Source of the DNA: Antechinus flavipes
Lineage: Eukaryota
DNA: 64,000 nucleotides
NCBI RefSeq assembly: GCF_016432865.1
Contig: NC_067404.1
Span: 56,358,001 to 56,422,000 of the forward strand
Direction: 5' to 3'
Shown: in pieces, positions 39,950-50,990 of the stretch
Layout of the letters: each line of letters opens with the position of its first letter
How positions within the stretch are numbered: the first letter of the stretch is position 1
Translations under genes and position numbers: made by a program
The notes under the pieces: model-generated
Told to the model about the DNA's origin: nothing
Database searches by the model: none
What the model saw: only the letters and a program-made list of their open reading frames with translations

Positions 39950-40690
39950 TGCTCTACATTCTCAGTGTCATTCTCAACTTCTCATAAGTTCATTTCTCAT
40001 CATTCACTCACCAAATCTTGTCATTTCTAACTCCATGCTATCTTTTATATGTTCCCTTTTTTTCTCCACTCACAGTCACCACCCTGGTGCTGGCCCTTAT
40101 TGACTAATTCCTTTTCTAAGGAAATAGCTTCCTAATTGGTTTCCCTGATGTAAGTCTCTCCTCCACTCAGCTGCCAAAATGATTTTCTGAAAGTTCAGGT
40201 TTGACCATATTATCTCCTCCCTCTTATTCAATGAACTCCAAATAGGTATTATCTTTCTCATTTCTATCTGTAATCTTTTTTGGGAATTTTATAACCAGAT
40301 ACTGACATCCTTCAAATGCTCCAGTGCAATCATGCTGGTTTTCTTGCTGTAGCTTCCACACAGTATTCTATCTCATATCTTCATGTCTTTGCACTAGATT
40401 GAGCCTAGAATGCATTCCCTATTTCCAACTCTCATCACCACCTCTCGAGAGCCCTAATTTCTTTCAAAATAAAACTCAAGAACAACCTTCTTCATGAAAC
40501 CTTTCTTGGTCTTCTTAACCTGTCGGTATTTTCTACTTGTATCTGTTTTATATATCCAAATGCATGCATGAATATTTTCTTCATCTCTAGAATATAAGCT
40601 CCTTTATCATCTTTGTCTTTATGTTTCCAACACTTAGCACAGCATGTGGCACAGAGTATTCCCCTAATGAATGTTTATTGATTGATTCTG
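39950..40690 (+). mobile_element. L2 LINE 3' fragment
   Basis: cactcagctgccaaaatgattttc and cttagcacagcatgtggcacagag...aatgtttattgattga end motifs. Confidence 0.7.
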
Positions 40691-41497
40691 ATGGCATAGG
40701 AGTGATGTTTCCTTTATTCCATGAGTTTTAAATCCTTTCTGGCATTTGATTGTGAGGGGGCAAGGACATTACAATGTGGTCCTCAGCTAAACCCCTGGCG
40801 TTTTCCATGGCACTAAATAAGAATCTGGTCTTAGGCTGTCCTTACGCTTGATTCCTATCTTAAGATAAAACATTTGGGGGCTTAGCATTTTTCCATCAAT
40901 AGTAGAGAGATCCAAACTGGAGAAAACTACTATATCAAGGAAGGCTGAAGTCTATTTTGTTGTTTTGTTTTCTGAGTAGCTTCAGAACACAGTTTGGGAC
41001 ATCATGTGTTATCTTCCTGATATGGACTTTAGGGGGCAGATAGAATTTCACATTGATAGATGACAATTCCCATCAGCCACCTAAAATGTGTCATGTAGAG
41101 CTTGCTGGGATTTGGCTATTAAACATATTTTTAATAGAATACTGAATTACCTTTCTTCTTAGGGAGGAGGGCACTGTGTCTGACCTTGAGCAGAGAGACC
41201 CCATTGTTTCCATGGCCACATCAGAGGCCCATACCAGAAACCCTATTTTCTGATCAATATCATCTGTATACTCACAAACGTCCTGGTTCAGGGAGGAACC
41301 CAAGCGTCTAATTCAGAGTATATGTTTAATACCAACATACCTCATCTTGTAGGGCATCTTATTTCAGTTATAATTTAATTCTTTGAATTTCCGAATAAGA
41401 AAAGTAAGAGAAACCAATATTAGAAGAATGGTAAAAAATATATATTTTGAACATCATGTCTTTACCCTCATTCCCACTTTCCTATTTTGTTTTTCAG

Positions 41498-41650
41498 ATG
41501 AACACTAAGACAAAGAAATCTGATGGTGCCCAGACACCTTTCAATTGGACCCTTGCTCTTGCCCATGACTCTGCTCCCCAAATTCGAGTGATTTCTGGCA
41601 GTAGCTCTAGTCCTTGTACACCAGCTTTGCAGAGGACAGGAATAACAAAG
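41498..41650 (+). CDS. NRK: Exon: MNTKTKKSDGAQTPFNWTLALAHDSAPQIRVISGSSSSPCTPALQRTGITK
   Basis: tgtttttcag acceptor, AAG|gtaaga donor, 153 nt, phase 0-0; PALQR matches MAP4K4 PALQRP. Confidence 0.8.
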
Positions 41651-42129
41651 GTAAGATGACCTTTCCTTATCAGTAAGATGATGGACATTCCTCAATTACT
41701 TAAGGAAGGGCTTTGAAGATGCAAAAGGGAAATGTCTGTTTCCAAACATCTGGAGGATCATATGAATTTATCACTTTGGATTTAGATGTTTTGGTGTCAC
41801 AGAAACAAAAGTAGTCAACACAAAATCTGCCTACCGACTCTTCTTTCATCTCCTCCCACCAAAAACAAAAATAATCCTGCCGCCATTATCAACATAGAAA
41901 AAAAGAAAAGAAACAACAAACATTATTTTAGGAGTTCAAATGAACTCACGCTCTAGGAGAAAAGGGAAGGGATTTTTTAAATGGACTTGATCCTATCAAG
42001 AAAATTCATGCTATGGAAACCAAGAAAGATTTCTGACCTACCCTATTACTGTTGTCAATATGGTATAGATTTCCTTGTGTAACACATAAACAATTTGTCC
42101 AGATTGAGTTCCTTGAAATTAATCTTTGA

Positions 42130-43800
42130 TACTGGCTTTTATATGTTAAATTTTCTATTAAGTTCAGGAATCTGCAAGTCTGTTGAATGTCTATTTTTTT
42201 CATTCAATATTATGTATAATTTTGCTGTATATGATATTTTTGGCTGCAGGTCTAGTTCTTTTGATTGCTGATATATATTATTCTAGAACCTGTGGTCTTT
42301 TATTGTAGCTGCCAATGAGTCCTGTACAATTCTAATTATACGTCCAACATATTTGAATTGCTTTTTTTTGTTTCTTGCAAAATTTTCTCTTCAACCTGGG
42401 GGTTTCAAAATTTGGCAGTGATATGCCTACGTGTTTTCCACAAAGGATCTCTTTGAGGTGGTGATCAATGGATTTTTTTTTCTATTTCTACTTTACTCTT
42501 GTGTTCTATCACTCCGGGACAATTTTCTTTTTTTTTTTTTTTTTTAAATGTTTTTAATAGATTTTTATTTAGAAGTTACATGCATGGGTAATTTTCTAGC
42601 ATTGACAATTGCCAAACCTTTTGTTACAATTTTTCCCCTCCTTTCCCCCACCCCCTCCCCCAGATGGCAGGTTGACCAATACATGTTAAATATGTTAAAG
42701 TATAAATTAAATGCAAAATAAGTATACATAGGACAATTTTCTTTAATTATTTCTTACACTATTGTGTTAAGGTCCTTTTTTTTTGTCATAGTTTTCAGGT
42801 AGTCCAATTATTCTTATATTTTCTCTTCCTGACCTATTCTCCAGATCTATTGTTTTTCTAATAAGATGTTTAGCATTCTGGTCTATTTTTTCATTCTTTA
42901 TATTGTGTTTTGTTATTTCTTGGTTTCTTATAGCTTCACTGGATTCCCCTTGCCCAATTCTAATTTTCAAAGAATTATTGTCTTCTTTAGGACTCTATCT
43001 CCTTTTCTAGTTGGTTAAATTTTTTTCATAATCTTGTTTTTCTTGAATGGTTTTTATTTTTTATTTTTAAAAAATTTTCCCTCAATCTCTCTCACTTGAT
43101 TTTAAACGTGTTTTTTGAGTTCTTCTATAAATTCCTTGGGGAAAGGTAGCCATTTAACGTTATTCTTTGGGGTAGAAGAGGATTTTTTTTTAATTTCACT
43201 GCCCTCCTCTGAAGATGAACCCCAATTTTCCTTATTCCCATACTGTTTCTATAGTTGGGTTCTTTTTTCTTTGCCTATTAATTAAAAATAAATAAAAACT
43301 GTTAGTGTAAGCACCTCTTATTGTGGGGGGGTGCCTCTAACTTCCCTTTAGTGATCTGAATCTGGAACCCCAAACCAAGAGCTCCATTCTCCTGCAAGTT
43401 CTGAGAGTCATCAGTCCCTGCCCCCCTCCCCTGCTTCTGCACTTACCAGGTGTGCTGGCTCCTTCTAGCCCAGGGCGGCATCTCAGCAGCATAGCTGGGC
43501 CTGGCTTTCCTGATCAGTAGAGGATCCTCAGTTTTCCTGGACTTAGATCTCTGACTCTCTACACTGTTCAGGAGGTGAAAGTCCCTGTGGTTTGACATGA
43601 GGCTCCCTCCTAACCCAGCTAGTCCCAGGGCTTTCACTGGATGTTTCTGTGGAGCTAGCCTGGAGGTGTTTGTATTTCATCCTGGTAAATCCCAGGCCTG
43701 GGATCTTTCATTTTCTTGGGTTATCCTAGAAGGCCTTCTTTCTGTCCCAAGTCATCTTTGTTTTGCACCAATCTTTGTTCACCCCGACTTTTATGCTTTT
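42130..43800 (-). mobile_element. L1 5'UTR/ORF1 remnant (3'-truncated)
   Basis: minus ORF 42767-42970 contains DLENRSGRENIRIIGLPE (L1 ORF1p motif); GC-richer 5'UTR-like sequence at 43330-43800; boundaries approximate. Confidence 0.75.
42531..42730 (-). mobile_element. Young ~200-bp L1 3' end nested in an older L1, with 14-bp TSD
   Basis: TSD ggacaattttcttt at 42517-42530 and 42731-42744; poly-T tail. Confidence 0.9.
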
Positions 43801-44519
43801 AGACCTACTACTGCACTATCTTCCCAGTATCCTCTCCACAGCTTCTAATCTTGAACAAGCAACCTGGAGCACTGGGAGGAAGTTAGGTAATTTGCTCAGG
43901 ATGACACAGCCTGGGCCTTGCAATTCAGTCTTTTTAGCTGTAAAGCCCGCTCACTACGCCACTATGCTATATTTTCCTTGGCTATAGTCATCAGAAATAT
44001 TCAATTCTGTGTAGAGTGCTAATTTTTTCCATCAGCCTAAATCTTTCAATCTTTGAGACTCAAATGAGGAGTCAAATTCTAATCAGAAGGCCTAGCTCAA
44101 AATTTGAATGACTGGACTGCTCACTCCTTGCCTTGGCTTGTCCTTAGGTAAAACAGGAGCTGTCCCCATTCGACTTGTTTTCCATCTTATTTCTATGTTT
44201 ATCTTCCAGGGCCTAACTGTAAAGCGATTTGAAAATGTGCCATGCAAAAGCCAGTATTGATAGTTCAGTGTCAAGAGAATCTCAGTTTCACTAGGGTGCT
44301 CATGTTGGAATTTAATTCATTTCCTTCAAAGAAACATCTTCTTGGGATTAGGAACTAAGTATTTTGTTATATATTAAAAAGTAACATGTTTGTTTTCAGA
44401 GCTTTTAAAAAAGTACCATAAGATATATGACATGATGTTAAACTAATGAGGTTACAGTATAGCCACTGAGTCTGTGATAACATTGTATATATGTCTCCTT
44501 TCTTTCGATGTATTTGAAG

Positions 44520-44651
44520 AATGAGAACCTTCGACTGAGTAAAGAAAACCAGCACAGCTACTCCCTCTCAGACATGGCCATCAGACCTAAAACCGCGGCG
44601 CAAGATGATGTCTTTAGCAGCATTTCCCCAGCTGAAGATCAGCCTCCAAAG
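44520..44651 (+). CDS. NRK: Exon: NENLRLSKENQHSYSLSDMAIRPKTAAQDDVFSSISPAEDQPPK
   Basis: pyrimidine tract then gaag acceptor, AAG|gtacca donor, 132 nt, phase 0-0; ends EDQPPK like TNIK EDIPPK. Confidence 0.8.
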
Positions 44652-45215
44652 GTACCATCCCTTCCCAGTGATTATTTAATTTCCTTTCATATTAATTTGG
44701 ATGACAGAGAAAGCGAAGAAAGACATCCAGTTCTGCTTTAGCTTCTGGGGATGGGGGAGAAGTACTATAGATATCTGGGCATTTTCATAACATCCCAGAT
44801 TATGGTCGATTCCATTCAACACACTTTTTTGGGGAGGAAACAAATGCTGCTTTAAAAAAAAAAAAAAAAAAGCTTCATTGATTCTTAATTACTCCAATGA
44901 CCTTGTTAAAGCTGCAATTCAGGGATTCCTTCCTAGTGACATAAATCTTACCTCATTCCATGTCTGTCCATTCTAGGCCACATTTGTCCATAATCCTTCC
45001 ACAGTCCAACCAATACACCAGGGCTTTCCTCACTTTCTCCTGACATCACGGGGGTACCACTGGAACATTCCAGTTTGTGGATCTTCAGTGATAGCTTTTG
45101 TCTTTTATTTTTAATACACCACATTAGTTTACTTATAGAACTATCCCTTATAACCAAGAAAAGATAGTTAAGCAAAACACTCCATCTCCCATTTCTTAAC
45201 AGGCAACACTTATAG

Positions 45216-45407
45216 CAGGGGTCCTCAAACTTTTAAAATAGGGAGCTTGTTCACTGTCCCTCAGACTGTTGGAGGTCCAGACTATAATAAAAACAAAAAC
45301 TTTGTTTTGCGGGCCTTTAAATAAAGAAATTTCATAGTCCTGGGTGAGGGGGATAAATGTCCTCAACTGCTGCATCTGGCCCGCGGGCCATAGTTTGAGG
45401 ACCCCTG
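45216..45407. mobile_element. 192-bp non-autonomous hAT (Charlie/OC1-like) MITE
   Basis: perfect 16-bp TIRs CAGGGGTCCTCAAACT / AGTTTGAGGACCCCTG; perfect 8-bp TSD ACTTATAG at 45208-45215 and 45408-45415. Confidence 0.95.
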
Positions 45408-45550
45408 ACTTATAGTCTCCCTCCTCTACTGAAGAACAGGGAAGTATCCATGAGAATTTCTTGAGGGTCCATCAGTATTGTACTGTGCTAGATGCCATGG
45501 GGTTTGTGGAACAAGTACAGAACCTCCAGTGTTGTTGGGAAGAGAAAATT

Positions 45551-45592
<42 letters not shown>

Positions 45593-46607
45593 TTGACCCA
45601 AAAGATTCAAAGACTCACTGGCCCAGGTCCCAAGCCCTATAGGACATCAATTAAAGGAGTGTATGGGTTGGAGCTAGTGAACTAGACTTTATTCATGAAT
45701 CACACATTGTTGGAACTGGAATGTTCTTTCAAAAGCATGAAGCCCCTTGTCATAGAGGAGAGGAGATTTCATGGAGAGGAGAAATAGTATGAACAGAGGT
45801 ACAGAACAAAGAACTAGGGGAGAATGGCCTGACATGAGCCAAGAGTCCCACAACAAGTAGAATTAGCTGAGGTTAGAGAATAAGACGAGGACTTGAAAGT
45901 CAACTGAGGTATAGAGTAGATGTGAAGGCCCAGGCTCTGGGTTTGAGTGCTGGCTTCACTTTTTGAGTGAGCCTAAGTAATTCAATCCCCTCTACAACAA
46001 TTTTTTTTCCTTTTTTATTAAAGCTTTTTTTTTTTTCAAAACATATTTGTGGAATTTTTTTTTAATGAGAGAATTTAATAGGAAGCGTCCTAAAGCCCCT
46101 TTCAGCTCTGTATGCCATAATATCCACTCCCTGGAGCAGGACTTTTGGTCTTGACCGAGAGACAGTACTGTGTAATGAAAAGATACTGAATGGGAAATCA
46201 ACATCATGGACTCGTAACTCCAGAGTAGGAAGAGACCTCAAACTCCTTAAATTTACAAAGGAGGAAACTGAGACCAGACAGGAGAATGGATTTGCCTGAG
46301 GTCACCCTAGCCCTAGAGCTGGAAGGGACTTCCAAGACTGCTTAGCCCACCTCTCTTATTTTAAGTAGGAGGAAAGAGGCCCTGGGAAAGGAGAAATGAT
46401 TTGTGCAAGGGTATACAGGGAGTAATGGAGATGAGATTTGAACCCAGATCCTCCTAGTCCAAGTCTAGCCTTCTTTCCATCGTACCATTCTTCCTCTCAT
46501 CTGATTTATACTCCACATGTATTTTAGTTTACCAGTCATCCTGAAATCAATGCCTTGGATTCCCAATGCTAGAGAATTGCACTGAAATATTTGGTTATAT
46601 CTTTAAG

Positions 46608-46675
46608 GTCCCAGAAAGAACGACCTCAAGATTCCGCAGCAAGGATATCATCAACCAGGCCCGTCGCCACCCAAT
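46608..46675 (+). CDS. NRK: Exon: VPERTTSRFRSKDIINQARRHP
   Basis: ctttaag acceptor, AT|gtaagt donor, 68 nt, phase 0-2; VPERTTS is a family motif. Confidence 0.88.
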
Positions 46676-49578
46676 GTAAGTACCTCTGCGCTCTGTGTTC
46701 AAGCCCATAGTGATTTATTTATGGCCTTTTGGAGAAATAAAGCCAGCCTCAGTGGTTCCAGACTCTCTCCGATTGAAGTCAAACCCAGAATGTTCGGAAT
46801 GCCCCCAATCTTCTTTGGTCTGTATACTGTAACCACAGTTGAAATGATTTCCTTTGAAATTATTTTTTAATCCGTTTTGCCCACATCTGAGGCAGCCAAA
46901 TTTCCAAACTTGAGCTAGTTGACAGTTTGGCCCCAAAGTCTTCCCCTTTCACCAATGACCATGTGACTTGGAAGCCCAGGCTGACTCCCACGTTGCCTTG
47001 GTTTGCTGTGATCGTGGTTGACCAGAATAAAGCATTTTTAAAAAGACTGCAGTAATAGGGGGCCATCTTGTAACAAATGTCCCCCACGTAAAGACACAGG
47101 TAAATCTTCCAAATGGATTGATTGGCAAACACCCATTCGACACACACGGCACGCCCTCTCACATCAGGAATTAATGTCAAAGAGACAGGGAAGACACGCG
47201 GGCAAAAATCAGGCCCAAAGCTCCAAGGGAACATTCCGAGATTTGAGATGATATCCCAATAATGGCTCTAATGACTGTATGCTTCATTTTTCTCCCAGCC
47301 TAGCTTTCTTTGCATCATTTTGGGGACTGTATACTTGGCTGTACTATACTATACTTTACTATAAGACAAATCCTCCCATTGGATTTTGTCTCGGAGCCAT
47401 AGATCCCCTTTTGGACAGGGAGCAAACGTGGAGGGCAGGAGCTATAGAGCCTAGGGGAGGGAACCAAGCTAAAGAGACTTTTCTTAACCACTCCTAGTTA
47501 GATAATAGTCCTTAAGCCCTTGTTTCTTTCCTTTCCCCAAACTTGAGCTGGGGCTCAACCCCACCAGAAGCATCTAAAAGTAATATTGCCAGTTCTCTCC
47601 TCCTCCACCCCGAGAAATGGTTAGCTGTGGCAGAAAGCCACAAGGTCAAAGGGAAGAAAACACCTTAGAAATCAGTAGCTGTTACATAGCTGAGCCATAC
47701 CGCTTAAACAACCACCAATCAGCTTTCCAGACTGAGAGGGGGCTAGTGCTCCAGGATAACAAAGCAGAGGTCCCAGGGGCCTTTCGACAGAGAATTCCTC
47801 TATTCTGTTCCATCTAATTCAATGTAGACACATTTAGTAGGTGTCTACTATGTGCTAGAACCCCAGTTTATCCTTGTCCCTTTTCTCAAGGAGCCTCCAG
47901 GCTAGGGACACAAGTAACTACTGCATAATAGAATTGGAAAGGGCCAAAGGAGAAACCAGCACAGAATCCTTTGAGAAAGCCAAAGAGAAAACCCTTAGGC
48001 CAGTTTTAATAGTCTCCAGTTTACAGAAGTTATTATACAAATAACTTTTTAGGAAATCAGCTATTGCACAAAGTGAGATTATAAACAAAAGTTTTCAGAA
48101 AAACTGGCATGTGGGCTTCTGATGTATCCAAGGTCTACATGAGACAATTGCTATCCCTGCAACAAAGGAGATGTTGGACTACTAGGCAGCTTGGAAGCAC
48201 TGGCCTGTCCTGGTAATTCCTCAGTGTTCCCATGGTTCTTTGATCTCATAGATCTTTGATCTCTGGCCTTCTAGTCAGGAAGACTGAAACTTTAAGACCT
48301 GCCTTAAACACTTAATAGGTGTGTAACCCCCAAACCAATCATTTAACCTTTCTGTGCCTCAGTTTCCTCAGTTGTAAAAGAGGGATGATAGTATCCACCC
48401 CACAGAGTTGTTGTAGGGATTAAAGTGCTTTGCAAACTATAAAGCACTATGAAAATATTAGCTCTTTATACATGGACACTCCCTTCAAGAAAGCCCTTTC
48501 AGGTTTCACTTTCCATTGATAATTTTAGAAGATTCTTAGAATAAATATGAGAAGTGGAAACTATATATAGATAATATCCTTTTTTTGGACAAATGAGAAA
48601 ATTGATACTCTGAGAGATGATAGGATTTGCCAGTGATCCTAAGAAAGTGCAAGAGACAGCTCTTCCCAAATCTGGGTCCAACCTCTATCTGCTAGGCCCC
48701 ACTGCCTTTCCATTGCTAGAGGGCTCACTCTCTCTATAGTAACTGTATTGGCTTTTTGTGGGCTAGGGATGAAGCAGAGCTTGGAATTCATTTGTGTGGG
48801 AATTTCCCAGTGTAAAAATTCTCTCTACTAAAACAATTTTACAACTCAAAGTTTTATAGATAAAGAGAATTGCCTGGGACCCATAAAAAAGTGTGAGGAT
48901 TCAGGGTCACACAAGGTGGCAGTAGCCACAGGCAATACTTAAACTGAGATCATCATCCCGACACCAAGGCCAACCTTCCATCTTGTTGGGCCACACTGCC
49001 CCCAAACCTCAAACTATCTTTCCTTAAGAGGAATATCTCCTATAAAATCAGAACAAAATCTTTATTATGTTACTTTTTTTTCATTCACTCATACATTCAG
49101 TATGATACTAGGCACTATTACTTAGGTAATCAAATTGTCTAAATATTACATTCAGAGAAATGGCCTTGGGTTTTCTAAAACTAAATACATTTGTAGGCTG
49201 TGGGGGGTAAGCTGTAACTAGCCACCTCTTCTCACAGGCCCCAATCAAGAAACTCGATTCTAAATAAGGTGAAATATTTGGGACAAAAATCTGAAGTTTA
49301 GGAATGTTGCCTTGGATTGGAAATGCAAGCCAGCAGTGTCTTTAGTGATATATCTATGATGTGATATGATATCTGTACACACATGTAAGATACACGTACA
49401 CACCTACCTGTATAATATTCCCAAGCTCACACACACGCTTCTCCACCATGAACACGTATGCTCATCTTTATCAATCTGTGATGTGCTGATTTCCTTTACT
49501 GGTCATTGACCAGTAAGTTAAGTTGTTGTCTCTCTTACTGAATGCCAGTGAGTGGCAAGTGATTTTCTGTCGTTTCAG

Positions 49579-49694
49579 TAGTTCACAGCAGCCGTCCTCT
49601 GGGGGATGGGCTCAGAAGCCAAAGAGTGGCAGTAAAGTCACTGGCAACAGACAGTGGGCAATGGAATGTCGTGTGACCAACAGACCAACATCAG
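49579..49694 (+). CDS. NRK: Exon: SSQQPSSGGWAQKPKSGSKVTGNRQWAMECRVTNRPTS
   Basis: ttttctgtcgtttcag acceptor, CAG|gtgaat donor, 116 nt; phase 2-1 fits both neighbours and the paralogue phase pattern; sequence similarity is weak. Confidence 0.62.
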
Positions 49695-50772
49695 GTGAAT
49701 CTTCGAGCCGAGCTTCTCTAGTCTAATGCGTAATATCTAACAGCCCGTGTGGTCGACACAAGTGAGACTGGTTCACTAAAACTACTAAACCTCCTTTATA
49801 TTTCAACAGTTGCCAGTGAGTGGGAAACCATTCTACTGCCATAGTCTCGTTTCCTGGGATGTTTTCCTTTCAACAGTTCATACCTGAGTAAGATTGCTTT
49901 TGGAGGCGATAGAAGGCTTTCATTGTTTCAGTTGGACCTGGCGAACTTTAGGGAATAAATATCTTGGCCATAAATGAAATTACTGTCCAAACAGCTCCTC
50001 TGAAGCTGCAGAGAAGCTATGGAAAGAGGAGATCCCACCTTCACCCTCCTATTCCCATTCTTCCAGAGCAAGAAATGAAGATAGATCCTTGGTAGTAGTG
50101 AGCCAGACGGATGGTGAAACCTAGGCCAGGTTTTGTTGGCCACCCAACCCTTTGACTTTGTCCCTGTGTTCTATCACTATGACTGTTATAATAATAAATG
50201 ACAAAATTATAATGATGCACCTTTGCTTAGTGAATTGAGAACAGGCCTTGAAATCAGGAAGACTTGTCCCTGATACATGTGTGATCCTGGGCAAGTCACT
50301 TAAACTCTCAGTATCCCAGGGAATTCTCTAAGACTGTAAGTTCAAGAGATCGTACCAATCTATATGGTGGAGGGAGCCTCCTCTCATCAGGGGCTTCCTC
50401 TACCAATAAAATCATAAATCTGGTATAATAATAACAACTAGAAAAAGTAGTTATTTTATTCCATCTGTGCGATAAGCCATAGAATATGAAATATGAAAGA
50501 ATAAAAGCAAGATAGTGGCTTGTCCCAGAACTTTTTGAACCACTGAAAAAGATGAGATACATGAAATTTCAAAAAAAAGAACAATAAATCCTATTGCAAA
50601 GTATGAAAACCCAAGACAATAACAATAAACTTGCATTTCTAGAGTGTTTAAAGTCTGCAAAGTGTTTTCCTCGAAACTAACTTCTGATATCTTTATTATC
50701 GACCTGTTACCAGAGAAAGAAACTGAAGCTCCTAGCAAGATTTGCCCAGGTTCACCCAGTTTGAAAGGAGCA

Positions 50773-50990
50773 NNNNNNNNNNNNNNNNNNNNNNNNNNNN
50801 NNNNNNNNNNNNNNNNNNNNNNNNNNNNNNNNNNNNNNNNNNNNNNNNNNNNNNNNNNNNNNNNNNNNNNNNNNNNNNNNNNNNNNNNNNNNNNNNNNNN
50901 NNNNNNNNNNNNNNNNNNNNNNNNNNNNNNNNNNNNNNNNNNNNNNNNNNNNNNNNNNNNNNNNNNNNNNNNNNNNNNNNNNNNNNNNNN
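50773..50990. other. Assembly gap (N run)
   Basis: N bases. Confidence 0.99.

Noticed and set aside
41163-41330. Good acceptor (ctttcttcttag) followed by GC-richer sequence
   Set aside because: Phase 0 is required here and hits a stop after 6 codons; no convincing donor in the other frames
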